A stretch of DNA of 64,000 bases from Holophagales bacterium (GTDB lineage Bacteria; Acidobacteriota; Thermoanaerobaculia; Multivoradales; UBA5704). Under the pieces are notes generated by a model that saw nothing but the letters and a program-made list of their open reading frames with translations, had not been told where the DNA came from and did no database searches. The translations under genes and the position numbers were made by a program. The stretch's first letter is position 1; every line of letters begins with the position of its first letter. Of this stretch, positions 9,349 through 19,160 are shown piece after piece. Location of the stretch: positions 1,972-65,971 of the forward strand of contig JANNIH010000081.1 in NCBI GenBank assembly GCA_031404815.1. The letters run 5' to 3'.

Positions 9349-10629
9349 TCAGGGTGTTTGCGGCCCGGCGATCCGCTCCACCCGCGCTCCGAGGGCACGG
9401 AGTTTCTCTTCCATCGCTTCGTACCCGCGGTCCAGGTGATAGATCCGCTCGACGATCGTTTCGCCGTCGGCGACCAGGCCGGCGAGCACCAGGCAGGCCG
9501 AGGCGCGCAGATCGGTGGCCATGACGTTGGCGCCGGCGAGCGGCGTCGGTCCCTTGACGCGCACGTCCCGCCCCTCGACGTGCAAGTCGGCCCCCATGCG
9601 CATCAGCTCGGGGACGTGCTGAAAACGGTTCTCGAACACGCTTTCGCGGACGGTGGCTGCGCCCTCGGCCTGAGTCATCAAGGCCAGGTACTGGGCTTGG
9701 AGATCGGTCGGAAATCCAGGGTGCGGTGCGGTTTCGATATCCGCCGCCTGAAGCGGGCCGTCGGCGCGGACGCGGATTCCGTCCGGCCCCAAGGCCACCG
9801 CGGCACCGATCCGGTCGAGCTGTTCGAGGAGCGGTGCGAGAGCGGCCGAATCGGCACCCTGAAGCGTCACATCGCCGCCGGTGAGCGCGGCGCCGATCAA
9901 ATAGGTACCCCCTTCGATCCGATCCGAGATCACCTCGTGCTCGGCGCCGTGAAGCTCGTCGACGCCCTCGATCTCGATCGTTTCCGAGCCCTCGCCGTCG
10001 ATCTTGGCGCCCATCGCGCGAAGCAGGTGTGCCAGATCGACCACTTCAGGCTCGCGGGCGCAGTTGTCGAGCACGGTGGTGCCGCGGGCGAAGCAGGCGG
10101 CCATCAAGAGGTTCTCGGTGCCGGTGACCGTCGCGACATCGAAACGGAAACGGGCGCCGGTCAGCCGGGCGCAGCTCGCTTCGACGTAGCCATGCTCGAG
10201 ATGAACGCGAGCACCGAGCGCCTCCAAACCTTTGAGGTGCTGGTCGATCGGGCGGACGCCGATTGCGCATCCGCCAGGGAGCGAAACCCGCGCCCGGCCG
10301 AACCGAGAGAGCAACGGGCCGAGCACGAGAACGCCCGCCCGCATGGTTTTGACCAGATCGTAAGGGGCCTCGACCGGCGGCAAACCGGGCGCCGCGGTCC
10401 GTTCGAGCACCAGCTCGCCTCCCACACCGATTTCACTCGCTCCGACTCCCAAGTGCTCAAGCAGCCGGAGCATGGTGCGGATGTCGCGCACGCGCGGCAT
10501 CCGAGTGAAGCGGATCGGTGAATCGGTGAGCAGGGCGGCGGCGAGCGCCGGCAGCGCAGCGTTCTTGGCACCGCTCGCGCGCACCCGGCCTAGGAGCCGC
10601 GTCGGTCCGATGATGCGGAATCTGTCCAT
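9349..10629 (-). CDS. murA: UDP-N-acetylglucosamine 1-carboxyvinyltransferase
   Basis: 'SGAKNAALP', '[13 protein letters not shown]' (active-site Cys), '[12 protein letters not shown]', 'TDLRASA', 'HLDRGYE'. Confidence 0.97.
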   Translation of the reverse strand: MDRFRIIGPTRLLGRVRASGAKNAALPALAAALLTDSPIRFTRMPRVRDIRTMLRLLEHLGVGASEIGVGGELVLERTAAPGLPPVEAPYDLVKTMRAGVLVLGPLLSRFGRARVSLPGGCAIGVRPIDQHLKGLEALGARVHLEHGYVEASCARLTGARFRFDVATVTGTENLLMAACFARGTTVLDNCAREPEVVDLAHLLRAMGAKIDGEGSETIEIEGVDELHGAEHEVISDRIEGGTYLIGAALTGGDVTLQGADSAALAPLLEQLDRIGAAVALGPDGIRVRADGPLQAADIETAPHPGFPTDLQAQYLALMTQAEGAATVRESVFENRFQHVPELMRMGADLHVEGRDVRVKGPTPLAGANVMATDLRASACLVLAGLVADGETIVERIYHLDRGYEAMEEKLRALGARVERIAGPQTP

Positions 10630-10745
10630 GATCGAGTTCGCTCCGGCTTCCGCCTGGTTCTACTGTTGCGATGTTTTGCGCCCGTTTGGCTCGCGCCGGA
10701 TCGGCCTCGCGAAATGTGTCGCCTGCAAGCCCGGCGCCTGGCCTT

Positions 10746-11591
10746 TTAGCGGCGGGCGAGCACTGCGATGCGCGGAATGCCGGCGTAGTCGGCCTCTGCC
10801 GCGACCAGATCGAACCCGGCCGACCCGGCCGCCGATTCGACGGCGTCGAGCTGGCCGCGCCCGATCTCGAGCAAAACCCGAACGCCGGCGCGCAAATCCG
10901 CAGCCGCGGCGAGCAGGCGGGCGATCGTCTCCACCCCCCCTCCACCGGGCGGAAAGAGTGCCAGGTGGGGCTCGAAATTGCAAACCTCCGGTGACATGAG
11001 GGCAGCCTCGTTGCGATCGACATACGGCGGGTTGCTGACCAGCAGGTCGATCCTCTCAGGCATGATTCCCGCGAGGAGATCGGTGTGTACCAGCCGCACC
11101 CGACCGAGGGCACTGTGGCGTGCCGCGTTGGCCCGGGCCACACCGAGCGCTCCGGCCGAAAGGTCGGTGGCGATGATCCGGGCGGAGGGGAGCTCACAGG
11201 CGAGGGTCACCGCGATGCATCCTGAGCCGACGCCCACCTCCAGAATGCGAGGGCGTGGCGGGAGCGGCAGCCCGAGCGCCGTTTCGATCAGATGCTCGGT
11301 CTCGGGGCGTGGAATCAACACTCGGCGATCGACCCGAAAGAGCCGGCCGTAAAACTCCCGCTCGCCGAACAGGTAGGCGACCGGCTCGCCACCCGCCCGG
11401 CGTTCGATCCAATCTCGGTACTGCGCCGCGGCCGCAGGTTCGACCGGCCGCTCGTCGCGCGCCAGGACCTGCGCCTCGGAAAGCCCGAGTGCGCGACCGA
11501 GCAGGAGCGCCGCCTCGCGCGGCGGCGGAGCGAAAGGCGCCGCGGTCAGCCGCGCTTTGCCCGCAAAAAGAAGCTCTCCGATGGTCGCCAT
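10746..11591 (-). CDS. prmC: Release-factor glutamine N5-methyltransferase
   Basis: 'GEPVAYLFGEREFYG', 'VLIPRPETE', 'EVGVGSGCIA', 'SNPPY'. Confidence 0.95.
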   Translation of the reverse strand: MATIGELLFAGKARLTAAPFAPPPREAALLLGRALGLSEAQVLARDERPVEPAAAAQYRDWIERRAGGEPVAYLFGEREFYGRLFRVDRRVLIPRPETEHLIETALGLPLPPRPRILEVGVGSGCIAVTLACELPSARIIATDLSAGALGVARANAARHSALGRVRLVHTDLLAGIMPERIDLLVSNPPYVDRNEAALMSPEVCNFEPHLALFPPGGGGVETIARLLAAAADLRAGVRVLLEIGRGQLDAVESAAGSAGFDLVAAEADYAGIPRIAVLARR

Positions 11592-11654
11592 TCCAGCGGA
11601 GTCTATGGCCGGGAGGAAAGCGGCCGGGTACGCCGTCCCGGATCGCCGCTCGTC

Positions 11655-12179
11655 CTACTCATCCCGCTCAGGTGGCCCGTCGTCCTTCTCGTCCTCGCCA
11701 CTGCCAAACACGGCCTTCCAGTGGGCTTGGTCGCTGCCGCTCGGGTGGGGCTTGTCCGCGCCATCGCGCGCCGAAACTCGGCGGCTCGGGGGTCGGTGCC
11801 CTCCGGGCCGGGCCAGGACGCGGCGGGCGAGCGCGGAGGAAAGCTGCGTCGTAGAGCCGAGTTCGCGACAGGCGCGGGCGAGCGCAGCATCGTTGGTGAC
11901 CACGATCCAGGCTTTCGGATTCGCTCGAACGCGCGCCAAAATTGCGTCGTCTGCCGAGCGCGGGGCCGCGAACTCGACCGCCATCCGGCCATAGTGGGTC
12001 GCTACATCCGGACGCACAGCGCCGTCGAACACCACGATCATCCGACCACGGTCCGAGCGCTCGCGGGCCCAGGGGAGGAGCCAGGCAACCACCGCCCGCG
12101 CGTCGCGCGCGCCGGCTCGCCCTCCTCCCACGCCACCGAGCACGCCACCGAGATTGCTGCCGTCGATCAGATAGGACAC
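11655..12179 (-). CDS. NYN-domain (YacP-like) protein
   Basis: 'YLIDGSNL', 'VVFDG', 'SADDAI', 'VVTNDAAL'; GTG start preceded by GGAGGT. Confidence 0.8.
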   Translation of the reverse strand: MSYLIDGSNLGGVLGGVGGGRAGARDARAVVAWLLPWARERSDRGRMIVVFDGAVRPDVATHYGRMAVEFAAPRSADDAILARVRANPKAWIVVTNDAALARACRELGSTTQLSSALARRVLARPGGHRPPSRRVSARDGADKPHPSGSDQAHWKAVFGSGEDEKDDGPPERDE

Positions 12180-12265
12180 GAAAACCTCCCGGATGAAACC
12201 GGTCGGGAGGTCCCCATGCTAATGTCGTGCCGGTCCAATTTGGCTGGCTTGAAGGGTAGATCCCA

Positions 12266-13702
12266 ATGAACATCACGAAGCTCGCTCTCGTCGCGCTGGG
12301 ATTCGGCGCAGCCCTCTCCACCCCTGCGCTCCAAGCGGTAGCCGCCCCTCTGACACCCCGGCCGAACCCCGTTCGCACCCTGCGCGTCGACACTTTCCAT
12401 ACCGGAAACGCGACAACGGAGATGTTTGCGGTCGAGCGGGTGGTGATCGAGCCGCTCCCCTGGCCGGGCAACCCGCGCCGGCCGCTCGACGACGGGAATC
12501 TCGGCCTTTATTTCTTCGAGGTCGTCCTCCGGGAGACGAATCGGGTGGTCTACTCGCGCGGGTACGCCTCGATTTTCGGCGAATGGCAAACCACCGACGA
12601 AGCGAAGGAGCGCTGGGGGACGTTTTCCGAATCGTTCCGTTTTCCGGTGCCCGACCGGCCGGTCCGCATCAGCTTGAAGAAGCGCGATGCGAGAAACGAC
12701 TTCCGCGAGATCTGGAGCGTGGCGATCGATCCGGCCGACATGTTCGTCGACACCTCCGCGCCGAGCGCGCCCGGGCCGCTGCTCGCGCTCGAACAGCATG
12801 GCGATCCGGCGGACCAGGTGGATCTGCTGATCTTGGGCGACGGCTACACCGCGGCCGAACGACCGAAGTTCGAGCGCGACGCGCGGCGAATGATCGAGAT
12901 GCTGTTCGCCCAATCTCCGTTCAAGGAGCACCGCGGCGATTTTAACGTCTGGGGCTTGAGCCCGGCCTCGCCGGAGAGCGGTATCTCGCGCCCCTCGACC
13001 GGCATTCATCGGCGGAACCCGGTCGGCGCCACCTACGACGCGTTCGGCTCGGAGCGCTACGTGCTCACCTTCGACAACCGGGCGTTCCGGGAGGCGGCCC
13101 AATTCGCGCCGTACGATTTCGTCGAGATCCTGGTCAACGCCGAGACCTACGGCGGCGGCGGAATCTTCGGCCTGTACGGGACGGTCGCGGCCGACAGCGT
13201 TTGGGCGCCGTACATCTTCGTCCACGAGTTCGGCCACCACTTCGCCGGGCTCGCCGACGAGTACTACACCTCGGACGTCGCGACCGACTACAGCGCCGTC
13301 ATCGAGCCTTGGGAAAAAAACGTCACGGCGAACGCCTCCCTCGAAACCATCAAATGGCGGGCGCTGCTCTCCCCGGGCACACCCCTGCCGACCCCCTGGA
13401 AGAAAGCGGAGTTCGAGGCGTTCCAGAAAGACATCCAAGCCCGACGACGGAAGATCCGTGCCGAACGCCGTCCGGAATCCGAGATGGACGCGCTGTTCCG
13501 CGAGGAGCGCGCCCACGAGACGGAGCTGCTCGGCAAGGACCAACATTCCGGAACAGTCGGCGCGTTCGAAGGGGCGAGCTACCAGGCGACGGGAATGTAC
13601 CGCCCGCAAGAAGACTGCATCATGTTCACCCGCGACGAGGTCGGCTTCTGCGCCGTCTGCCGCGCGGCGATCGAACAGGTGATCGAGCTGTATTCGAAGT
13701 AA
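12266..13702 (+). CDS. Secreted peptidase family M64 (IgA-peptidase-like)
   Basis: Signal peptide; 'VDLLILGDGYT', zinc motif 'HEFGHHFAGLADEY', C-terminal 'CIM...FCAVC'. Confidence 0.88.
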   Translation: MNITKLALVALGFGAALSTPALQAVAAPLTPRPNPVRTLRVDTFHTGNATTEMFAVERVVIEPLPWPGNPRRPLDDGNLGLYFFEVVLRETNRVVYSRGYASIFGEWQTTDEAKERWGTFSESFRFPVPDRPVRISLKKRDARNDFREIWSVAIDPADMFVDTSAPSAPGPLLALEQHGDPADQVDLLILGDGYTAAERPKFERDARRMIEMLFAQSPFKEHRGDFNVWGLSPASPESGISRPSTGIHRRNPVGATYDAFGSERYVLTFDNRAFREAAQFAPYDFVEILVNAETYGGGGIFGLYGTVAADSVWAPYIFVHEFGHHFAGLADEYYTSDVATDYSAVIEPWEKNVTANASLETIKWRALLSPGTPLPTPWKKAEFEAFQKDIQARRRKIRAERRPESEMDALFREERAHETELLGKDQHSGTVGAFEGASYQATGMYRPQEDCIMFTRDEVGFCAVCRAAIEQVIELYSK

Positions 13703-13720
13703 TTCAACTGGAGGTCGGTT

Positions 13721-14629
13721 CTAGGGGGCGGAGACTAGGCCTTCGCGAGTGGTTGGCGCGCCCTTCCCCCGGAAGCCTACTTGCAGCGCTTCCTTCGAGG
13801 TGGTGTTGAAGGCGGCGCCGAGGGCTTGGAGGAAGTACTCCCCCCACGCGGTCAGGTCGGCTTCGGCCCGCCCTTCGTAGTAGTTGTGGTGGGGATGGGT
13901 GGCCAGCGAGGTGTAATAACTCACGAGGTCACGGGCGTGATACTCCTCGAGCGAGAAGAACCCGTTGAGCCCATAACCGCCCCGGTGAAGAAGGAAAGTG
14001 GCCAGCAAGCGCGCAGTGCGGCCGTTCCCGTCGTAGTAGGGGTGGATGGTCACGAACTGATAGTGCGCCAACCCGGCGATCAAGGGCACCGGCAGGATCT
14101 CGCGCTGGTGCTCCATCCACGCCACCAGGGAGGACATGAGCTCCGGAACATCTTTCGCCTCAGGAGGCAGGTAGACGATCGCTCCCGTCGCGGAGTCGCG
14201 GATGACGTTCTGGCCATCCCGCCAGGGTGTTGGCCGTGCCCGAGGGCCCTTTTCGACCAGTGCATGAAGGCGCTGGAGAAGATCTTCGGTGAGCGGCCCC
14301 TTCCGGACCGCCCACTCTTCCACGCGGAGCAGCGCGTTCCAATAGTTGCGGACCTCGGTCACGTCCCGCTCGCGACCGTAGAAGTCGGCGCTTTGCCCGG
14401 ATACGGCCTCTTCGGCCTCCTCAAGAGTCAGCCGGTTCCCCTCGATTCGGGTCGAAAAGTGGGTGGATCGGACCCGGGCACGTCGGCGCAGCTCTTCCGT
14501 CACCGTCGGCGAAAACTGGGTGACCTTCACGATGGCCTTGGCCGCCTCGACCTCAAGGAGCGATCGGAGGGCCACCGGAGTCAGGGTAAATCGGGGCTCC
14601 CAAAAGGGGCGATGACTCGGTTTCGCCAT
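13721..14629 (-). CDS. Fic family protein (class II, possibly C-terminally truncated)
   Basis: Fic motif HPYYDGNGRTAR; N-terminal inhibitory motif STRIEG. Confidence 0.88.
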   Translation of the reverse strand: MAKPSHRPFWEPRFTLTPVALRSLLEVEAAKAIVKVTQFSPTVTEELRRRARVRSTHFSTRIEGNRLTLEEAEEAVSGQSADFYGRERDVTEVRNYWNALLRVEEWAVRKGPLTEDLLQRLHALVEKGPRARPTPWRDGQNVIRDSATGAIVYLPPEAKDVPELMSSLVAWMEHQREILPVPLIAGLAHYQFVTIHPYYDGNGRTARLLATFLLHRGGYGLNGFFSLEEYHARDLVSYYTSLATHPHHNYYEGRAEADLTAWGEYFLQALGAAFNTTSKEALQVGFRGKGAPTTREGLVSAP

Positions 14630-14653
14630 ACGGGGATCATCGGACTCCCGGAC

Positions 14654-15007
14654 CTACGGCTCTCCGAGATCCGAGGGGAGCAGTGCCTCTACAGTTTGGA
14701 GCAGAGGCTGCAGCTTTGCTTCGAGGATTCCCCAGACGACATCGTGTGCAACCGAGCCATAGCCGTGCGCCAGAACGTTCCGGAACGCCGCGATTTGCCG
14801 CGATTCCGGAATCGCCGCGGCTACTTCGGGCGCTATCTTGCCGAGCTTCCCAATCGCCTCGCCGAGGATTTCGAGTTGCCGTTCGACAGCCGAGCGTAGC
14901 ATCGGGTCGTCCAGGTAATCGTCAAAGGATTTTCCTTCGACGAAGAGCGCGATCAGGCGGCCGGCTTCGCGAACGTCGAAGAGAAGCTTCTTTGCCTCAA
15001 GCTGCAA
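14654..15007 (-). CDS. hepT: HepT-like (DUF86) HEPN RNase toxin
   Basis: 'AVERQLEILGEA' and Rx4HxY motif 'RNVLAHGY'; TTG start inferred, overlapping the MNT stop. Confidence 0.85.
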   Translation of the reverse strand: MQLEAKKLLFDVREAGRLIALFVEGKSFDDYLDDPMLRSAVERQLEILGEAIGKLGKIAPEVAAAIPESRQIAAFRNVLAHGYGSVAHDVVWGILEAKLQPLLQTVEALLPSDLGEP

Positions 15008-15305
15008 AGAGCGGGCTCCGGGTGGCTTCAACACTCTGGCGGAAGTAAGGATTCCGCACGGAGCTCTCGATCACCAGATCGATCGACCGACCAAAGAGAC
15101 TTTCGAGATCCCCGAGAAGGCCCAGGTAGCGATCGGCGATTTCGGCGGGTTTTCCGGGTGCGAATTCGACCAGAAAATCGAGATCGCTCCGCGACGGGTC
15201 GAACGAACCGCGTGCCGCAGAGCCGAATAGATCGAGTCGGACGGCTTCGCGCTGTCGGCATGCCGCTTCGATTGCAGACTGTTGTTCGAGGACTCGGTTC
15301 GTCAT
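14997..15305 (-). CDS. mntA: Minimal nucleotidyltransferase (MNT) antitoxin
   Basis: 'LFGSAARG...SDLDFLVEF' (GSx10DxD); about 102 aa, directly upstream of the HEPN gene. Confidence 0.87.
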   Translation of the reverse strand: MTNRVLEQQSAIEAACRQREAVRLDLFGSAARGSFDPSRSDLDFLVEFAPGKPAEIADRYLGLLGDLESLFGRSIDLVIESSVRNPYFRQSVEATRSPLFAA

Positions 15306-15356
15306 GGTGTTGCACAGCTTAACAGGACGTTGGACGCCCGTCGCCTGCCGCCCCAC

Positions 15357-16352
15357 TTACGACTCGATCGCTTCGAGCAGCTCGTCGAGCGCGCGCTCGA
15401 CCGCTTCGGGGCGGTCGAGCTGGATCCAATGTCCGGTGCCGCCGACCGGGAGGACGGGCAGCTGCTCGTCGAGCCGGTGCAGGCTGATCGGCAGGCTGTT
15501 GAGCTCGCTCACCAGGGCGATTTTGGGGCCGGGGTAGGCGGCGAGCGAAGCGATCGGCGACCAGATCGAAGCGCCTTCGAGCGCGCGGATGATCGCCTGC
15601 GGGTTGGTTTCGCCGAGATCCTCGAGGATGCAACCCGCCGCGTCTCGATCTCCTCCAACCACCAGCTGCCGGAAATAGCCCTCGGCCTCAGCCACCGGAT
15701 CGCGACGAACCGCGTCGAGAAAGGCGTCGATCTCGGCGCGCGGCAGGAGCGTCTGGTCGCCGTTCGGATCGACCAGAACGAGGGCCGCCACCCGATCGGG
15801 GTTTGCCGCGGCATAGGCGATCGCAGGCAGGGCACCCAAACTGTGGCCGACCAGGACGAAGCGCCCCAGGTGGAGCTGGTCGGCGACCGCGGCGATGTCT
15901 TCGCTGAACGCGGGCACCGAATAGTCGCCATCCGCAGCCGGGTCGGACTCGCCATGGCCACGCAAGTCGAACGCGATCGCCCGCCGCTCGGGGCGGAAGG
16001 CGTCGAGCTGGAGCACCCACTGCCCGCCGTTGCCGCCGAGGCCGTGAACGAACAGGAGTGGCACGTCGTGCGCGCCACCCGCCCCGCCGTCGCGCACGAA
16101 CAGATTGCCGGCCGGGCCGGGGAGCCAGAGCGCCAGATCCTGAAGCCGTGGCGCGGGCGAGAACAGCTCGCCGCCGATCCGGCCGGGGTCGAAATCCGGA
16201 TCGAGGTCCATCCAGCCGCGCAGATAGCCGCGCCGGTGCGCCACGATCACAGCCGCGGTGGCCGCGGCGGTCGCTCCGAGCAGGGCGAGGCCGAGCCAGG
16301 GCCCGGCGGGGCTCCGCTTTCTGCGGCGGTGAGGGGGGTTTTTCCGACTCAT
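15357..16352 (-). CDS. Alpha/beta-fold hydrolase with N-terminal membrane anchor
   Basis: 'FVHGLGG', 'DLRGHGES', nucleophile elbow GHSLG, 'GHWIQLD'. Confidence 0.88.
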   Translation of the reverse strand: MSRKNPPHRRRKRSPAGPWLGLALLGATAAATAAVIVAHRRGYLRGWMDLDPDFDPGRIGGELFSPAPRLQDLALWLPGPAGNLFVRDGGAGGAHDVPLLFVHGLGGNGGQWVLQLDAFRPERRAIAFDLRGHGESDPAADGDYSVPAFSEDIAAVADQLHLGRFVLVGHSLGALPAIAYAAANPDRVAALVLVDPNGDQTLLPRAEIDAFLDAVRRDPVAEAEGYFRQLVVGGDRDAAGCILEDLGETNPQAIIRALEGASIWSPIASLAAYPGPKIALVSELNSLPISLHRLDEQLPVLPVGGTGHWIQLDRPEAVERALDELLEAIES

Positions 16353-16410
16353 CGACGAAATTCTATCTCAGGGGAAACGCTCGCGCTCTCGAATCATGGA
16401 ATCCGAAGGC

Positions 16411-17499
16411 TCAGACCGCGGGCTTGAGTGTCCCGATGACGATCTTGTCGTCGATCACCAGGCTGTGGTGGTTGCCTGTCTTCTCGACTTCCGGTTGACC
16501 GAAGGGGTCGAACTCGTACGGTTTGATCACCCGGCCGAACACCGATTTGAGCGCGCGGGCGCCGATTCGGCTGCTCTTTGAAGCCTCCTCGGCGATCTTC
16601 TGGATCGCCGGCTCGGTCACGGAGAGCTCGATGCCCATCTTGCGGAAGAAGTTCTGGGAGATCTGGAGCACCCCTTCGGCCGGCTCGCGGAAAATTCGCG
16701 CGAGGGTGCCGGGAGTCAGGTCCTCGAGGATCACCGCGTTGTCGAAGCGGGAGAGGAACTGCGGCTGCATGCCGTACTCGAACAGATCTTCCTGCCGGAA
16801 ATGATGGCGCAGGGTGAAGTACTCACGGATTTGGATCTTGCCGTTCTCGTAAATCGTCGTGGTCGGCAGTTTGATCCCGCTCTTGGGCGAGATCACACGC
16901 TGGAACACCTGGTCGTAGAGGGTCTCGAACGCTCCGGCGCAGAGGAAGAGCATCTTGCCGGTATCGAGCCAGACGGTGCTCGACTCGGGCACTTTGTCGC
17001 GCACCACGGTGATCTTATGGCTGACCCGCTCGCCCTCGATCAGGGTGAGCAGCGCCTGCTGGATGTTGATTCCGGTCACATACGGCTTGCCGCCGACGAC
17101 TCCGGAGACCTTGTCGATCTCGTCCAGGCAGACCGTGGCACGCTCCATCGCCCGGCCGATCTCTTCGGCCGTGGCATTGGCCCCGAGCACTTGGCGGGTC
17201 CGCTCCTCCAGGCGATGAAACAGACGGGAGGTGTCGATCGCGCCATCTTCGGCCGCGATCGTGCTCGCGTTCATGATCAGCACCACCCGGTACTCGACGA
17301 ACTCCTCGTGCTCGGCGTAGAGCGACTCGATGCCGCGCATGATCGTGGTCTTGCCGGTGCCGGAGTTGCCGATCAGCAACAGGTTGCCGTACTTCTCACC
17401 TTCCAGATGCTTGAAGATCGCGACCGCGACGAACCGCAGGGTCTCGTCCTGGCCGATGACGCGCTGGGATAGGAACTCGTGAATTTCGACGGGCTTCAT
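16411..17499 (-). CDS. ClpX-like AAA+ ATPase lacking the zinc-binding domain
   Basis: 'L...VIGQD', Walker A GNSGTGKT, Walker B CLDEIDK, 'QQALLTLIEG', 'GARAL'. Confidence 0.8.
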   Translation of the reverse strand: MKPVEIHEFLSQRVIGQDETLRFVAVAIFKHLEGEKYGNLLLIGNSGTGKTTIMRGIESLYAEHEEFVEYRVVLIMNASTIAAEDGAIDTSRLFHRLEERTRQVLGANATAEEIGRAMERATVCLDEIDKVSGVVGGKPYVTGINIQQALLTLIEGERVSHKITVVRDKVPESSTVWLDTGKMLFLCAGAFETLYDQVFQRVISPKSGIKLPTTTIYENGKIQIREYFTLRHHFRQEDLFEYGMQPQFLSRFDNAVILEDLTPGTLARIFREPAEGVLQISQNFFRKMGIELSVTEPAIQKIAEEASKSSRIGARALKSVFGRVIKPYEFDPFGQPEVEKTGNHHSLVIDDKIVIGTLKPAV

Positions 17500-17591
17500 G
17501 GTCTGGCGTAGGATCTCAAGGTACGAAGTGCAGTGGTTTCAAGGAATTCGTGCGGGCGACCCGCGCGACGACATCGGACGGAGGATTCTAC

Positions 17592-18212
17592 GTGCGAAAG
17601 CCAGATTCGCGTCGGGGTTGGGTGCTGGGCCTGATGTTGGTTGTCGCGACTCTCGGCCTGATGTTCGTCATGGGCCGCCAAGGGGCATCGCTCGATCGTA
17701 GCGATCCGCAGGAGCGGGCTCGGGTCGATCGGAGCGTGCGCAGCATCCTCGACCTCGAGTTCGCCCGCACGGCGGAGCGCACCGAGCAGATCCGGAAGGT
17801 CTGGGGCGAAGAAGGGATGAGTGTGGCGCGCGGCAACATCGCGATCGACTACCTCTATCTCCTCGCGTACGGCTCCTTGCTCGCCCTCGCCTGCCACCGC
17901 TCGGCCGGGTGGCTCGCGGTCCACCCCCGGCGCGGCATCCGACGCCTCGGCCGATTCGGCCGGTGGCTGGCGCTCGCCCCGCTCGCCGCGGCGGCGCTCG
18001 ACGCGGTCGAGAACTTCGCCATGCTGCGCATGCTCGCCCCCTCGTTTTCGGGCGACTCTTGGCCGAACCTCGCCGCCCGCTGTGCCGGGATCAAATTCAA
18101 CCTGCTCTATGTCGCCCTCGCCTGGATCATCCTGGCGACCGTCCTGTCGCAGCCGCGCGCCGATGTCTGTGGGTCCGCCGTCGAAACAGAGACCCCCCGA
18201 CCCGCGATTTGA
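17592..18212 (+). CDS. Hypothetical membrane protein
   Basis: GGAGG precedes a GTG start; about 4 hydrophobic helices; 'DYLYLLAY' and 'LDAVEN' motifs. Confidence 0.6.
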   Translation: MRKPDSRRGWVLGLMLVVATLGLMFVMGRQGASLDRSDPQERARVDRSVRSILDLEFARTAERTEQIRKVWGEEGMSVARGNIAIDYLYLLAYGSLLALACHRSAGWLAVHPRRGIRRLGRFGRWLALAPLAAAALDAVENFAMLRMLAPSFSGDSWPNLAARCAGIKFNLLYVALAWIILATVLSQPRADVCGSAVETETPRPAI

Positions 18213-18237
18213 CCGCCCGCCGGGCGGGAGCTACCAT
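18209..18237 (+). promoter_or_regulatory. Putative sigma70 promoter for the PKD-protein gene
   Basis: TTGACC-N17-TACCAT, 33 bp upstream of ATG 18271. Confidence 0.55.
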
Positions 18238-18270
18238 CTCGGACGAGACACTTGGAGGCTCGACCCGGCT

Positions 18271-19128
18271 ATGGTTTTCAAATTGCGCACCCGCACTCTT
18301 CTTGTCGGCCTCGCGGCCGGGGCCGCCTCGACACTCGGCGCGCCCGCCTGGGGCCAAGGGACCTCCACCCTCGCCAACCCGATCGCCGTCTTTTCGACCC
18401 CCGGCAGCAAGCAGGTCTCTTTGCAGTCGTGCAACGCGGCGGGGTGCGATACCGAGATCAAGACGGTCACGGTGCTCGACGCGCAGCCGGTGGTCGTTAC
18501 GGCGACCGCGAATCCTGGGGCGGTCCAAGTTGGAGAGCTCGTCCGGCTGATCGGGTCGGGAACGGGCGCGCCGCCGCTCACTTACACCTGGAAGATCTTC
18601 TCGGGACCGACCCTGATCGCCACCCTGCCGGGCGCCACAACCTGGTGGGACACCCTCGGCCAGCCGGTCGGTCCGTACACGGCGCAGCTGTCGGTCGCCA
18701 ACACCTTCAACACCGCGCTGTCGGCGCTGCTTCCGCTCAATCTCGGGGCGTTTCAACCGCGGAGCCTGTTTACCATCTCACCCTGCCGTGTGCTCGACAC
18801 GAGGAGTTCGACGCCGCTGGTCTCTGGCATCGCTCGCCCGATCGTGATCGCCGCGGCGGCATGCGGTGTGCCCGAGACCGCCAAGGCGATCTCCGCCAAC
18901 ATCTCGGTGACGACCCCGACCGGCTCGGGCTTGGTCGTCGTCTATCCGGGTAACTATCCGCGGCCAGGCACCCAAACGCTCAGTTTCAGCTCCGGACAGA
19001 CGCGCACCAACAACATCGTGATCGCGCTCGCTTCGGATGGCTCGACCTCCTTGAGCACCGAAGCCTCGATGACCGCCACGGGAGACACCGTTCACCTCAT
19101 CCTCGACGTCAACGGATACTTCCAGTAG
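18271..19128 (+). CDS. Secreted PKD-domain protein with C-terminal 'CRVLDTR' domain
   Basis: Signal peptide; PKD-like 'LTYTWKI...YTAQLSVAN'; 'SPCRVLDTR...HLILDVNGYF' tail. Confidence 0.7.
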   Translation: MVFKLRTRTLLVGLAAGAASTLGAPAWGQGTSTLANPIAVFSTPGSKQVSLQSCNAAGCDTEIKTVTVLDAQPVVVTATANPGAVQVGELVRLIGSGTGAPPLTYTWKIFSGPTLIATLPGATTWWDTLGQPVGPYTAQLSVANTFNTALSALLPLNLGAFQPRSLFTISPCRVLDTRSSTPLVSGIARPIVIAAAACGVPETAKAISANISVTTPTGSGLVVVYPGNYPRPGTQTLSFSSGQTRTNNIVIALASDGSTSLSTEASMTATGDTVHLILDVNGYFQ

Positions 19129-19160
19129 TCGAGCGACCCGCAGAGCGGAAAAGCTCGCGC

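Noticed and set aside
7730-10521. Long antisense or alternative-frame ORFs (e.g. 7730-9307, 8926-10521, 38178-40175, 50692-52944, 56700-58520)
   Set aside because: Shadow ORFs of well-supported genes in high-GC DNA; Arg/Pro/Ala-rich and without family motifs.
12184-12211. 8-bp inverted repeat ACCTCCCG/CGGGAGGT between the divergent NYN and M64 genes
   Set aside because: One arm is simply the NYN gene's SD; too short and GC-rich to support a regulatory call.
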